A program made the translations under genes and the position numbers. 64,000 nucleotides of DNA from positions 113,896,001-113,960,000 of the forward strand of contig CM059432.1 of NCBI GenBank assembly GCA_030390025.1, in the 5' to 3' direction. The stretch comes from Squalus acanthias (Eukaryota). Within the stretch, counting starts at the first letter, position 1. Each line of letters opens with the position of its first letter. The notes beneath the pieces are model-generated. The model was not told the origin of the DNA. It made no database searches and worked only from the letters and a program-made list of their open reading frames with translations. Shown piece after piece: positions 23,681 through 37,109 of this stretch.

Positions 23681-24399
23681 GAATTTCAATCCCCATTTCC
23701 AGATGCAAAGCCCTGTGAAGGGTAGGCCTGTATCTGGGGTACATTCAGTCAATTTAAATAACAGGAAGCAAATACAAGCAGGTTGACAATAGGTCAAGCA
23801 GTGTGCCCTTTGGGTAATGGGAGAGGGAGGAAGAAAATTGCCCCTCGGACAGTTGACCCGCTTTCCACGGTTAATTAGTACTTGTACACGTTATTTTGTA
23901 CTGGTGCATCCTTTTGTGTTAATGGGTGTGCTTTGTTTCTCATATGCCTGGCGGCTGGATTTCAATTGTCTTGAGCAGTCGATTTATCCACTGGGATAGA
24001 AATTCATCCGGGCTCGTTTCTGGGCCCAGAATCGACGCTGTGCATGCAGTGTGCCCACCAACCAGGAGGCCCAAGGCTGGCCTGATGTTGGGCATTGGGC
24101 CTCATTTCCATCAGGCTCGCCCATTTCAGCAGATGAATCTCGCTCCGCTAGCCCTGCTGGCAGCGGCCCTCAGTTAAGTGCCGGTTCAGCACCTGTGTCG
24201 GCTTGAAGAATTCATGGAAATCACTGTGAAATTTATTTTCTGTATTTTTGTTTTGCTCAGCATTACTGCACATACAGATTTTGGAACTTTCTTTCACTTG
24301 CTGCTGTTTCTTTTGTTTCTTAAACTCAGTTTGTGGCTTCTTCAATAGCTACTGCAATTATTGAATGAGAATGTAAGACAGATCTGATCTGAGCTGAGA

Positions 24400-25088
24400 C
24401 ATAAGAACATAAGAAATAGGAGCAGGAGTAGGCCATTCGGCCCTTCGAGCCTGCTCCGCCGTTCAATAAGATCATAGCTGATCTTCTACCTCATCTCCAC
24501 TTTCCTGAACTATCCCCATATCCCTGGATTCCCTTATTATTCAAAAATCTATCGATCTCTGTCATGAATATACTCAACGACTGAGCCTCCACAGCCCTCT
24601 GGGGTCGAGAATTCCAAAGATTCACCACCCTCTGAGTGAAGAAATTTCTCCTCATCTCAGTCCTAAATGGCCGACCCCTTATTCTGAGACTGTGACCCCT
24701 GGTTCTAGATTCCCCAGCCAGGGGAAACAGCCTCCCTGCATCTACCCTGTCAAGCCCTGTAAGAATTTTGTATGTTTCAATGAGCTCACCTCTCATTCTT
24801 CTAAACTCTAGGGAATATCGGCCTAGTCTACTCAATCTGTCCTCATAGGACAATTCCCCATCCCAGGAATCAGTCTGGTGAACCTTCGTTGCACTCCCTC
24901 TATGGCAAGTATATCCTTCCTTAGGTAAGGAGACCAAAACTGTACCCAATACTCCAGGTGTGGTCTCACCAGGGCCCTATATAATTGCAGTAAGATGTCT
25001 TTACTCTTATACTTAAATCCTCTTGTAATAAAGGCCAACATACCATTTGCTTTCCTAATTGCTTGCTGTACCTGCATGTTAACTTTCA
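24400..25088 (-). mobile_element. CR1 3' fragment
   Basis: ORFs 24491..24949 and 24832..25146. Tail repeat at 24400-24415. Confidence 0.9.
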
Positions 25089-25220
25089 GGCAGTTAATCT
25101 CACCCAGGGTGGTGCTGGGGATGTTACAATTGGTCTCGGTTCTCATAGATTCTGGAGGGCAAAAGGCTCACACTTGAATATTGATCACTATCGTGAGATA
25201 TCAGAGGCTGAATATGAACT
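25089..25220 (+). pseudogene. Paramyxovirus-like L relic, region before conserved block I
   Basis: LISPRVVLGMLQL (cf. MIEPLVLALLQL); NIDHYREI (cf. SIDEKAEIF, which precedes GHP). Confidence 0.5.
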
Positions 25221-26123
25221 CAGGAAGAGGAGTAGGCCATTCAGCCCCCTGAGCCTGTTCCACCATTCAATTAGATCATGGCTGATCTGTCCCTCAACTC
25301 TATTTACTCGCCGTTGCTCCATTTCCCTTGATACCCTTACCTAACAAAAATCAATCTATCTCAGTTTTGAATTTTTCAATTGCCCCAGCCTCAACAGATT
25401 TCTGGGGAGAGAGTTCCAGATTTCCCATTAGCCTTTGTGTGAAGAAGTGCTTCCTGACATCACCCCTGAACAGCTTGACTCTAATTGTAAGGCTATGCCC
25501 CCTTGTTCTGGATACTGCCACCAGAGGAAATAATTTCTCTTTATCTACCCTATCAAATCCTTTAATCATCTTAAACACCCCAATTAGATGGCCCCTTAAT
25601 CTTCTATATTCAAGGGAATAGAAGCCTTGGGGGAGAAATTCGGTACTTTAGTGCCTCCAGTTAGCACCTGGCGGGGGTGCTAACGGGGCACTGAGGCAGT
25701 AGCGCCACGGTGAGGTGAATCCAGCGATGCACGCCAAATCCAGCACCCTCGTAGTGCCGCCGCTACGAGTTAGTGTTGGGGACCTCAGCACCACGCAGAT
25801 TGTGACGTCAGTGAGCTCACTGGGTGCCCAATCGGAATAATTGATTATCACCCCCTGCCTTAGCGCCTCGCCCCGACAGCGACAGGGAGAGGAGGCGTGA
25901 AGCAGTTGGTAGCCGGCTCCAGGGGCGCTACTTAAAGGGATCATGAGCAATGAGTCACAGCTCCCACGTTAGTGCTGTTTCATTGTTTCCTTGTCAGTTT
26001 GACATTGTGAAACCGATTCATTCAGTCATTTAAAGGTTATTTAGTAGCAGGACTGTTGTGGCTACTAAAAACTAATTACATTTAATCTCATAACATATCA
26101 AAGTGCTGCACTTGGTTACATTA

Positions 26124-27300
26124 ATGGGGGCTGTACTGGCAGTCGACCTCGCTCTCCAGGATCTACTGCGGAAGGAGTGGAGGCAGCGAGAAAGATTGGA
26201 ACATGTGGCCACAGGGAGGAGGAGGGCCATGAGGGTTCTCAACAGGAGGCCTTACCCTCCGAGGGTATTCCAAGAGCACTTCTCCTACCTTCAATTAAGC
26301 GAGGAGCAGTGCATTAGAAGGCTCCACTTCACCAAAGAGGTGGTCACAGAACTCTGCCACCTCCTGCAACCAGACCTCCAGCCTCAGATCAAGATGACCA
26401 CGGCTCTCTCAGTGGCAGTCAAGGTCACCGTCGCCCTCAATTTCTTCGCCAGCAGATTCTTCCAGTCTGCAACAGGAGATATAGCAAACATCTCACATTT
26501 CGCCGTCCATCGCTGCATCCGGGAGGTCACAGAGGCTCTCTACAGTAGAAGAAGAGACTACATTTCCTTCCCCATCACCAGAGAGAAGCAGGACGAATGT
26601 GCATGTGGCTTTGCCAGGATAGCGGGATTCCCCATGGTGCAGGGCGCCATTGATTGCACCCACGTGGCACCGCATAACAAACCTGAGGTCTTCCATAACC
26701 GCAAAGGCTACCACTCACTGACTGTGCAGTTGGTGTGCGACCATACACAGCCAATTCTCAACGTGGATGCCCAGAATCCTGGCAGCAGCCTCAATGCCTT
26801 CATCCTGGGCCAGCACTCTTCCAGCCACCACATCAAGCTCGCGGCTGGCTGTTTGGAGACAAGGGCTATCCGCTCTCCACCTGGCTCATGACTCCCCTCC
26901 GCAACACTCCTGCCCAGCCCTCATATAATGAGAGCCATGCCGCCACCAGGAACATCATCGAGCAGACCATCGGGGTGCTCAAGCAATGGTTCTGCTGCCT
27001 TGACCACTCGGGAGGTACCCTCCAGTACTCGGCTGAGCGGGTGTCCCGTTTCGTCGTGGTCTGCTGCATGCTCCACAACTTGGCCATCGTGAGGGCCCAG
27101 CCCTTGCCACCAGGGATTGCGGGACCACCTCAGGAGGAGGAAGAGGGAGAGGAAGAGGACAAGGAGGACGAGGAGGAAGAGGAGGAAGAGGAAAATGAGG
27201 AGGAGGAGGAGGAACAGGAGCGAGGGAGGAGGCAGCCACTCAATCGGCCTTCTGGAAGGGTGGTCCGTGACTGCCTCGTCAGACTCGGTTCCATTAAATT
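26124..27300 (+). pseudogene. Harbinger DDE transposase, frameshifted
   Basis: ORFs 26103..26891 (GAIDCTHV) and 26735..27382 ([22 protein letters not shown], acidic tail). Confidence 0.9.
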
Positions 27301-27499
27301 GAACCCCAGATCACCATTGCTCACCACATCCCTATCATTCCATCCCTGTCACAGGCCATATCACAGCGCAAAGCTGAAATGAGACACACCACAAAATAAT
27401 CCAAACTGAATTAATAAATTTATCAATAATCAGTTAACACGTATTTATAACAACAATATTAACTATTCACCTTTGTGCAATCCCTTAGTGCCTCTCGTT

Positions 27500-29362
27500 A
27501 CTGTGCCTTTGCCTACTCTAGTGCTCCGACAAAGTGTTGGCCCAATGGCTGCAACACGGCTGGTGGTAGGCTCAGTCCATGCGGGAGACTTCAGATGGTC
27601 TTGCAGGATGCCCTCGACCAGCCCTGGGCCTGGAAGGCCTGGCTGTAGACTGCACCACCTCAGCACAGGCGGCAGCAGTCTGGGCTGGCTGGATGACAGG
27701 CAGCAACAAGGGCAATGGCGGAGTGCCAGTGGTGGGAGCAGGAATGCTGCCATCCTGAGAGAAGACAGCAGGTTCCTGCTCCACTGACCCACTGCCACTC
27801 CCCCAGGGCAGCACCTCAGCATCCCTAGCAATCTGTTGCAGCACAGATTGCTGGCCTGCTGCGACACCGTGAAAGCCCCGGTCGATGGTGGTCGACTCAG
27901 CCACAATGGCAGCAGTCAGAGCTTGCATGGCATCAAGCTGAGACTGCATGAGAGCACTCTGAGATTGAATGGCACCAACCATAGACTGCATTACAGCACT
28001 AAGATGTTGCATCGCTTCCGCCTGTGCTGCAATGGAAGCTGCCAGATCGCCCATCACACACGGCATCAGATCTGGGTCACCATGATCTCTCTGGGAGCCT
28101 ACCATTCTTTGCAGACTGGAAATGATGGGCTCCATGGTGTGCACAGAGCTCTGTGCAATGTTGGAGGAGGACTCCTCCATGCTCCTCACCATTGCTGAGA
28201 GACTCTTGGGCACCCTTGCCATTGCACCTATCATCTCCGTGTGCATGGCCATCACCCTTCTTCTAAAGGCCTTCCCATCGAGGTCCTCATCTGAGTCCTG
28301 TGCAGCAGAACTCGCTTCCGAACTTGCCCTCAAGGGAGCTGGCCCGCAAGCTACCCTTTCCCCCTGGCCTTGCTGCAGCCCACTCGTTCCTGGTGCTTCA
28401 CCCAGTGCAGATCCCGCTACTATACTAGCCTCTAAAGAACGCGTACTGCCAGTATCTGAGCTGGTGCCTGCGAGTGAGAGATGCAGTGATACGGTGTGTT
28501 CTTCCTCCTCCTCTTCTCCCATCTCGCTCTCAACTGTGCCCTCAGGGACAGGCTGCTCAGCTGCTTGCTCATTATCTGAAAGCATAAAGGCACAAGATAC
28601 GGGTTAAGCTGAGGGGAGGGGGGCAGGAATGCATACAGCGTGATTAGCTGCAAAGTGAGAATGGCTTGTGGGGTGAGGGGGAAGTGGGATGTGAGAAGAA
28701 GGAGTAGGGATGAACATACCATTGCTGTCCCCAAGGGGGTCAACGTCGCCGGTTCCCACGGCACCCACCACCTGGCGCCCAATAATCTCCAGCACTCTAT
28801 TTTCCAGCGCAGACAGTGGTTGGGTGTCGGCTTGTCCTCCGCCTGTGCGCTCCTGCAACCTCCTGTTGTGAGCCACCTTGGCCTGCAAGAGAAAGGAAAG
28901 TGTGTGAGTGAGTGTGGAGCAATGTGCTTGGGTGATGTGCCTGTCATAGTTGAATAACTGTCATTGTGTGCAAGGTGTGTGATGTGGGTGTGAGTGTTGG
29001 TAGGGTGGTAGGTAGAGATTGTTGGTGGGCGAGTGCTGGGGGTGTGGTGCTTTGGGCAGTGTATGAAGAATATGGTTCAGACGGTGGTATGTAGCATTTG
29101 TTGAAGCATTCACTCACCCTGACCATCCGAGTGAGGTTGTTAAATTTCTTTCTGCACTGTGTGTGTGTCCTGGGGACCACAGTGCTGCCCGAGACATGCT
29201 GGCCAACCTCCCTCCACATAGCGCGGAAGACTTGTGGCGAGGGCCTCCTGCCACTTGCTGGGTAGAGCACCAACCTTCATCTCTCCACAGTGGACACCAA
29301 CTCCTCCGATGCTTGGTCCGAAAATCTGTGGGCTCTCTCCCTGGGTCGTGGATCTGCCATCA
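27500..29362 (-). pseudogene. Harbinger Myb/SANT gene, three exons
   Basis: ORFs 28944..29273 (WREVGQ..QCRKKFNNL), 28604..28888 (AHNRR..RTGGG) and 27572..28585. Confidence 0.85.
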
Positions 29363-30344
29363 TGACACCTGCATGAGTCGTCCAGCTCCTTCTCCTTGAG
29401 CTGCTCCTGCTTGCTGACACAGGTTCAAAGCCAGCAATGCTGAGAATGAGGTTCTGCAGCATCAATGAACCTCCCCTTTAAGAACTGGAAAGAGCCTGTG
29501 GCAATGATGATTTGTGATTAGACTGCACCTGATATTGGTCAGAGCTTCAAGTTTAACGTCACTGAGCTAGGCCATTAGTGCTTGATTTAGTGCTCCAATC
29601 CTTTCTTTGAATGATGATACTTAATTTTGCATGCAGCGTGATTCGTTAGCACCTGGCGCTAAATCTCAAACTTTTCTGAAGTTTCCTGGGCTATAATGAA
29701 TTTCTCCTCCCTAGTCTCTGCAACCTGTCCTCATAATTTAACCCTTTCAGCCCCAGTATCATTCTGGTGAATCTGTGCTGCACCTCCTCCAAGGCCAATA
29801 TATCCTTCCTGAGTTGGAATGCCCAGAACTAAATGCCATACTCCAAATGAGGACCCCTAACTCTCTTTGCTCCTCCACAGTTCCCAGCTTCTCGCCATGT
29901 AGAAAATACTCTGATTTAGCTTTCTTAGGTCAAAAGTGGATGGTCTCACACTTCCCCACATTGAACTCCATCTGGCACAGTTTTACCCACTCACTTAATC
30001 TATCAATGTCCCTTTGCACCTTTCTGCTCCCATCTATACTACTTACTGTGCCACCTAATGTAGTGATGCTTTAGGATCCATACTCCAGCAAAGAGTCAGG
30101 TAATTTTCAAATGCCAGCAGACCGATTCTCACCTGAACCAGGATGGTACCCCAGCCACCCCTTGGATGCTCAAGGCCTCCCCTGATGCAATTTGAAGGCA
30201 GGCCTATAAATTGGTGAACAGCAGGGTAAGGGCACGAGGCTATTTAAATATACAAGTTGGGGCCGTAGGCTGTTGTAGGATCCCAATTGCAATTTTGAAG
30301 TACAAATGCACACTCTGCCCATTTGTACGAGAAGATGAGTGCCT

Positions 30345-30975
30345 CAGTTGCTTCAACTCTTCTGCTGCTGAAACCCTCCTCCATGCCTTTGTTACCTCTA
30401 GACTTGACTATTTCAAAGCACTCCTGGCCGGCCTCCCATTTTCTACCCTACGTAAACTTGAGGTCATCCAAAATTCTGCCGCCCGTGTCCTAACTCGCAC
30501 CAAGTCCCATTCACCCATCACCCCTGTGCTTGCTGACCTACATTGGTTCCCGGTTAAGCAACGCCTCGATTTCAAAATTCTCATCCTTGTTTTCAAATCC
30601 CTCCATGGCCTCACCCCTCCCTATCTCTGCAACCTCCTCCTGCCCTACAACCCTCTGAGATATCTGCGCTCCTCTAATTCTGGACTCTGGAGCATCCCCG
30701 ATTTTAATCGCTCAACCATCGGTGGTTGTGCCTTCAGCTGCCAAGGCCCTAAGCTCTGGAATTCCCTCCCTAAACCTCTCCACCTCTCTACCACTCTTTC
30801 CTCCTTTAAGACGCTCCTTAAAACCTACCTCTTTCACCAAGATTTTGTTCACCTATCCTAATATCTACTTATGTGACTCCGTGTCAAATTTTGTTTGATA
30901 ATGCTCCTGTGAAGCGCCTTGGGATGTTTACTACATTAAAGACGCTATATAAATGCAAGTTGTTGTTGGTGTTAG
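30345..30975 (+). mobile_element. L2 LINE 3' fragment
   Basis: HAFVTSRLDY, QNSAAR, LADLHW, FKTLLKT; tail ATAAATGCAAGTTGTTG. Confidence 0.9.
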
Positions 30976-31199
30976 GTGGCCCAGCTAGCCGTCCTTAAAG
31001 GGCTGCTCCACAAACGATCCCAAACATTTTGTAAATCATTTTTGTGGAGCCCCCTCCTCCCAGCCCTGACCTATTGGTCGGCTCAGTGTGGGAGCCAAGT
31101 GATTTCCTGGCCTCCCACAACAGGCAAGCTACAGTGAGGCTCACCACCTACATTCAAATGAGGCCCAAAGCTGAAAATGATTCAGGCCTCCAGACACCA

Positions 31200-31316
31200 G
31201 CTTCGGGAGAAAGTCGAAGATTCCCATTAACATCTTCAGGAGAGAAGGGGAAGGAAATTTGTGCAAATTATTTATGGGATTTATATGTTTCATAAAATGG
31301 AATGAATAAAAGCCTT
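31200..31316 (+). pseudogene. Paramyxovirus-like L relic, pre-motif A (motif F)
   Basis: RRFPLTSSGEKGKEICAN...*NGMNK (cf. RLFAKMTYKMRACQVIAE...ENGMxK). The R-x-F to QVIAE spacing is preserved. Confidence 0.6.
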
Positions 31317-33061
31317 GGCCGGGATTTTCCTTACCTCGGTGGGTCCGGGGAGGGCGCTGTCGGTGGCAGGTCGCGGCCTTATTGTTGGCTCCATCCCGCT
31401 CTGGAAAATGAATTTACATTGACGGGGCTTGTTAAGCCCACCCAGCGCGCTTCCCGGCCCAATTAGAGGAAGCGGGTCTGGTGACATCATTCATGACGAG
31501 TCATCAGCCGGTTTCCTTAAAGGGACCATGGCCAACTTTCTTTTGACATTTGTGCTGTCAGTGTTCTATAGCATTGAGGTGCTGCAAACACTGACAATGG
31601 CTGCACAGAGGTGCAGGGCTGCACCCAGGTTCTTCCGTGACTCCCTTCATATGCTTATGGAGGGAGTCACAGCACTCAGGGAGGTCCTCTTCCCTTCCCA
31701 TGGGTGGAAGAGACCTCCCCAGGAGACCAACACAGCCTGGTTGCACATTGCGGAGGAGGGCACAAGCAGCGATGTCGTCAGGAGGACCAGGCTGCAGTAG
31801 GCCAAACCTTTCAATGATCTCAGTAGATCACGAAACATTAGTACAAAGCCACACTCACCTTCATCCTCGTGTGCCTCTCATCACATCCTCAACACTCTGC
31901 ATTCCCTACCCTACTCCTGCACATCCTTACTCACACCAACTTACCTTGAACCTGCACCCATCCCTCTCTCTCTACCTACATTATCACATCCCCATCTCAC
32001 TAGCTATCCCTCACACTCACCCTCATCCTAGTACAATCATACCAACTAACAACACACAAGAGTAATCACTTGGGTCTTATATCCAATGTTCATGTAAAGT
32101 TTCTGTTATTGTGCTGTCAAACATTGAAACCTTTATTTTCAACACTTTCCGTTCTTGGACAGATTTATGTGCACCTTTGGAAGTGGCTTAGTGAGTTGCA
32201 GTGAATTGTGAAACATAACGGTACGCCCTGCAATGGTGGTGAGTGTGAAAGGAATGGCTTGGACATTGTAGGGATGCTTTATGGTGTTGGTGTGGGGTGG
32301 TGCCAACCTGGCACATCATGTGGCAGCCAGGGTGTACAGGGCCAAGTGAAGTAAATTTGGCCATGGTGAGGCCATCCCTAGCCTCCCGGGCAGCAATGTG
32401 CTCAGGTGCTGATGCCCTCTGTCCTGTGCAGCATCATGTAAATGCAGAGAAAGTTGGTGTTGTTGTTGGTGCTGCTGGTGTGCCTGGTGCTGCTGGTGTT
32501 GGGGCTGATTGTGGTGGTATTCTGAGGACCAAGGTGAGAGAGTATAAATGGCACCCACATTGAAGGAATAGATGGCAGGTGAAGTAGAGATGACAGAAAC
32601 ATTCTGTCAATGCTGGGAGAGTTCTTCCAATGAGGTAAGAGTGGATGGAGAATGGAAAGTGGAACGTGGAAAGCCTGCAGAATCTGTGTTGGAAATGGAC
32701 TGAGAAACAGCTTGTGGCTGAGGAAAGTGATGATCTGTCAGGTGGGAGCTTTTACTGTACATTTGAAGCTGTCAAGTAATCAGCTGGTGCAATGGCCACT
32801 GAACTCCCGCCTCAGGTTCACAGACGTGGTCCCCGAACAACGTGGTTCCCGTGGCCATGAAGTTAAAGTTAAAAAAGTACATTTTAAAAAGCCTGTTGAG
32901 TACATTATAATGAGTTTAATTGGATCGCCGGCCGCTGCCTGTCGAGTCTGCTCAGCGCTGACATTGGGAAAGGCACGTTCCCGACCCGCTGTCATAAAAA
33001 AACACTTTCCCACCCAACCCGCCACCAATCCTGCCCACTGAACCCCCTGAGAATTCCGGCC
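31317..33061. mobile_element. Non-autonomous Harbinger deletion derivative
   Basis: TIR GGCCGG(G/A)ATT and TSD CTT/CTA. Myb exon 1 remnant (ORF 31429..31800) and transposase 5' remnant on -. Confidence 0.85.
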
Positions 33062-33440
33062 CTAGATCACATTTTTATTTAAAAAGTTCAAATATATGGT
33101 TGATGCTGTTCGTTCCACCATCTTCATCACTCTTGTGCTCCCAGCTGAGGTCCTCTCTGTTCATTTCCTATGTTCGTCACCTAGATGAATGCATTGACCC
33201 CAAAACATAGGATGAATGTAACATAAAATGTGAAATGAATGTGCGTAATTATTCTGCAGGAAGGATACATGCATAATTTCACTGAATTTGTGGACTCTGA
33301 GCCGTAATGAGCTAAGTTCTTTTGTTAATCTATCATGGAACATTTCTTCTGTATACTACAGGGCAAATTCAGCAAGGTTCACTCCTAGAGCGAAACTTTG
33401 CTAGACGAGCATGTGAGTTAGATATAGAGTTCCAACATTA
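33062..33440 (+). pseudogene. Paramyxovirus-like L relic, RdRp motifs B-C
   Basis: QIYG*CCSFHHLH (cf. EIYGLPSFFQWLH); EGY; NLWTLS (cf. KLWTIS); ISSV(fs)LQG at about 33342-33364 (cf. IASLVQGDNQ). The GDN itself is destroyed. Confidence 0.7.
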
Positions 33441-33915
33441 TAAGAACATAAGAATTAGGAGCAGGAGTAGGCCATACGGCCCCTCGAGCCTGCTCCACCA
33501 TTCAATAAGATCATGGCTGATCTTCGACCTCAACTCCACTTTCCTGCCCGATCCCCATATCCCTTGATTCCCCTAGAGTCCAAAAATCTTTCGATCTCAG
33601 CCTTGAATATACTCAACAATTCAGCATCCACAGCCCTTTGGGGTAGAGAATTCCAAAGATTCACAACCCTCTGAGTGAAGAAATTCCTCCCCATCTCAGT
33701 CCTAAATGGCCAACCCTTTATCCTGAGATTATGACCCCTAGTTCTAGACTCTCCAGCCAGGGGAAACAATTTCTCAGCATCTACACTGTCAATCCCCCTC
33801 AGAATCTTATATGTTTCAATGAGATCACCTCTCATTCTTCTAAACTCCAGAGAGTATAGGCCCAATCTACTCAATCTCTCCTCACAGGACAACCCTCTCA
33901 TCCAAGGAATCAATT
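33441..33915 (-). mobile_element. CR1 3' fragment
   Basis: ORF 33530..33913. Confidence 0.9.
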
Positions 33916-34454
33916 ATCGGGGCAATATTCATGTGCAGCGCAGATAGGGTTACACCCAGTAGTACACCCAGGGTGCCTGCACCACCCGCCTGATAACGTC
34001 AGCAGGAGGGCGATTGATTTTTGTGGTAGGGCCTCATTAGCATTGAATAGGTGGGCCACCAGCATTAATCGTGCTGCTTGTAGGTAGCTCGCCGTTTCTG
34101 GCGGGGCGGGGTGGGGAGGGAATCAGCAGGGTAAACACTGATTATGGGCCTGCAGCAGTACCTTAAAGGGGAATGGTTGGAAAGATCAGGGGTTTAACAA
34201 AGCTGATTATTTCAGCATCGTACAAATTTAAACAGCGCTTCCAGCATTAAGGAGTTGAGGTTAAGGAAGCCTAAAGACTCAAAACTCCCAAAGGACTCAA
34301 GGAAAATGTGGCAGACCTGTTTCCAGCTTTCCCTTACTGCAGCTACTGATCTCTTTCAGTAGTGCTGGGAATGGCTGCCTCTCGACCTGTACTGGCCACA
34401 ATTTGTGGGCCGGTTTAGACAGCGCTAATTGACATGAAAATCATTTTGGGGTCT

Positions 34455-34820
34455 TAACTATCCTCCCTATCTCTGTATCTTCCTCCAGCCCTACAAACCT
34501 TCGCGATCTCTGCGCTCTTCCAATTCTGGTCTCTTGTGCATCCCTGATTATAATCGCTCCACCATTGGCAGCCTTACTTTCAGCTGCCGAGGCCCTAAGC
34601 TCTGGAATTCCCTCCTTAAACCTCTCCGCCTCTCTACCTCTCTCTCCTCCTTTAAGACGATCCTTAAAACCTACCTCTTTGATCAAGCTTTTGGTCATCT
34701 GTCTTGCTATCTCCTGATGGCTCGCTGTCAAAAATGTTTTTATTGATATCGCTCTTGTTAAGTTCCTTGGGACGTTTTGCTACGTTAAATGCGCTAGATA
34801 AATGTAGGTTATTGTTGTTA
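34455..34820 (+). mobile_element. L2 LINE 3' fragment
   Basis: ORF 34534..34746 (GPKLWNSL, FKTILKT). Paralogous to 30345-30975. Confidence 0.85.
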
Positions 34821-35179
34821 ACTGCATCATTTGAGCCCAATTTACAGATATTCATTGTGCCCCCACCTGTTTCCACTGGGAGTGCTGGCTGTTTATATTG
34901 AGATCCACACAATGAGCGGACCTCCATCGACAAGTCGACAGATTTCTTTCTTTCAATTTTCAGCCCACTACTGACCTGCTTGCAGGTGTGCACGAGGTAG
35001 GAGCAAGACAAAAATCGCCCCATTACTGCAACTCCCTGGCCCGTGTTCCAATGCAACAACTCCGAGAGTGCAGCATTACTGATTGTGCCCTTACGAGTAA
35101 GTTGCTTATAATCACATTTACGGTTTTGCTACACAGTGCGTAGAGAAAATCTTCACCGTATGTGTTGCAATGTTTTATA

Positions 35180-37109
35180 TATTTGGGTATGGTTTGAGTG
35201 TTCCCTTGGCTTATATGGCCCAATGTTGTAACCTAAAAGCTGACCGAGTGGCAATTCCTGCTTGTTTTCTGGGAAAGTTGCAGTTGAAGCATGCAGTATG
35301 CATCTTGTAGATATGTTGTTGAACACCAGTTACCTGAATGGCTATGCTTAAATGTGCAGCATTATGACTAAATAAATGCTATATAGTGAAGTTGCTCTAA
35401 TGCATCCAATTATTCCTTTTAACTCGACATTAGTGGCAATAAAGCATTTTTTGCTATTGATTACCTATCTACTGTTTGAGCATCTTTCAAGTCACAAAGT
35501 AAACAAATAACATCATCTGTATTGAAAACAGGAAATCTAAAATGTGCTAACTAAAAAGTTTGCATGGATTTTTTTTAAAGGTCAGCTTGTAATGTTATCT
35601 TTCCCAGACAAAAGTCTGTCATTAAGCAGACCTTCTGCTCTCTGACTGGGTTTGTAGAAATCGCTTATGCTGTTGATTGAACTCAAATGGTACTTGGAAC
35701 ACCAACCAAAGAGGAGCATGTTTAACGGATATTATATTGGTCCATCAGTGTCACACTTCGCCGTCACTGATACAAACTCTAGTACCTAGTCCATGGTCCC
35801 TGTGGGCCATATGTTCCTCTTTTGTCAATAAGTGGTTAAACGTATGACTTTTTAATCATAATATACAAACTGCTAAGAAAATATGAAACATTTAATACCT
35901 AAGATTGTGATTTGGTTAGCAGAAGTGTTGTGCCTGCAAAAATTATCCTTTACCACTTGTCAAGCAGCTAACAAGTCATTTAACAAATATAAATGTTGAA
36001 AAGTTCATTAATTCAGCACTAGGGTACACGAATGTCTTTTGAAAAGCACTCAATGGATACTGAGAAAAGCCAGACTCAGCAATCAGGCTGTATAGGTGGT
36101 TGAAAACTGTAAAAACACAATGGCCCTGATTTTAAAGGTGGGGTTTTGTGGGGGGCACGGTGCAAGTCCCAAAGCAAGCGGCATAACGGGGAGTCCGGGG
36201 ATTTGGAAGCCCAGCTGATCTTAACAGTTGGATTCATTACCATAACTTTCATCAGAGTTCCACCCGAACCGGTGCACTACTTGGCTAGCCGGCGGGACCG
36301 GGTGATCGCAGGCCGGAGGCCAAGCCGGGGACCCGGCATTTAGGTAAGTGTTATGGGGGTGGTAGAAAGGGGGTCGGGGAGACGATCAGGAGAGTGGGGT
36401 AACCCAGGGCCCGGAGGAGCTCTCCTGCCCTGCCTGCCCCTCAAGGAAACTGAAAAAAAAAATTAAAGCTTACTTGTCTGGGCCTCTTCTGGCCCAGTAT
36501 CCCCCTTCGACAGATCTGGCCTGACGAGGAAGCCATCACTGCTGCCCCAGCCTTGTCGTCGGGCCCCGATCTGCATATTTAAATAGGGCCCCACCAGCTT
36601 GGGACGGGTGTCCTGCTCATCTGCTCGAAAGAGCAGGTTAATATTCAAACCCCTCGGGAAGGCAGCGGGATTGGAGGGGGGAGTCATTCCCCCTTTTTAA
36701 CTGCAAATCCCAGTCTGGCTTCTGCCAGGTGGGGGGAGGGAATTAAAATTCAGGCCAATAATATTTTTGTTATGCAAGGTTGGACCACAAATATCACACA
36801 GAGGCAACAAGCATAGCAATATGGCACAGACAATAGGGCACAGACAATATGAACTCTATGTCAACAATTCATGGCACGATTATATTCTATTACATTTACA
36901 TGCCATGGTTATAAAGGGACAGTGCTTCATAAAGGAATTCCCATGATTCTGGTCGCCATGTCTCAATCCCCACTGCTCTTATGTTTAAAGGTATAACTGG
37001 AACATAACAGCCTGGTACAGTATGCAATAAAAGGGGAACTCCATGAAGGAACACTCCATATGCTAAAAGAATAGTTGGCTTATTTAGGAAGGAGACTCTG
37101 AAAGACATT
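35180..37109 (+). pseudogene. Paramyxovirus-like L relic, blocks IV-V (capping domain), split by the 36122-36756 MITE
   Basis: GLSVPLAY; IPACFLGKL...TPVT (LG-to-PVT spacing as in LGG...DPVT); VIFPR...SLTGFVEIAYAVD*T at 35594-35683 (cf. VILPR...SLTG.REAIAGMLDTT); LGYTNVF*KAL...SAIRL..W; ISHR at 36791-36802; ILLHLH...CFIKE at 36884-36937. Confidence 0.8.
36122..36756. mobile_element. Harbinger-type MITE
   Basis: Imperfect TIR GGCC...ATTTTAA and TSD AAT/AAT. The empty site is visible in the paralogous segment at about 43957-43990. Confidence 0.85.

Larger units (their letters stand above)
25629..29710. mobile_element. Full-length (about 4.1 kb) Harbinger transposon
   Basis: TIR GG(G/A)GGAGAAATTC and TSD CTT/CTA. 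Transposase on + (26124-27300); spliced Myb gene on - (about 27500-29362). Confidence 0.9.
25221..30070 (-). mobile_element. CR1 3' fragment interrupted by a Harbinger
   Basis: ORF 25351..25578. The CR1 resumes at 29711 and AAGCCTAGTC is restored on removing the insertion. Confidence 0.85.

Noticed and set aside
37047..37109. Similarity of RNTPYAKRIVGLFRKETL to KNTPFYERILALLKHDKL in the 11.2-13.2 kb relic (also TSLSIY vs TQLSIF near 44370)
   Set aside because: Short matches that are not significant alone, and they conflict with the position and frame implied by the paramyxovirus L alignment. Left unresolved.
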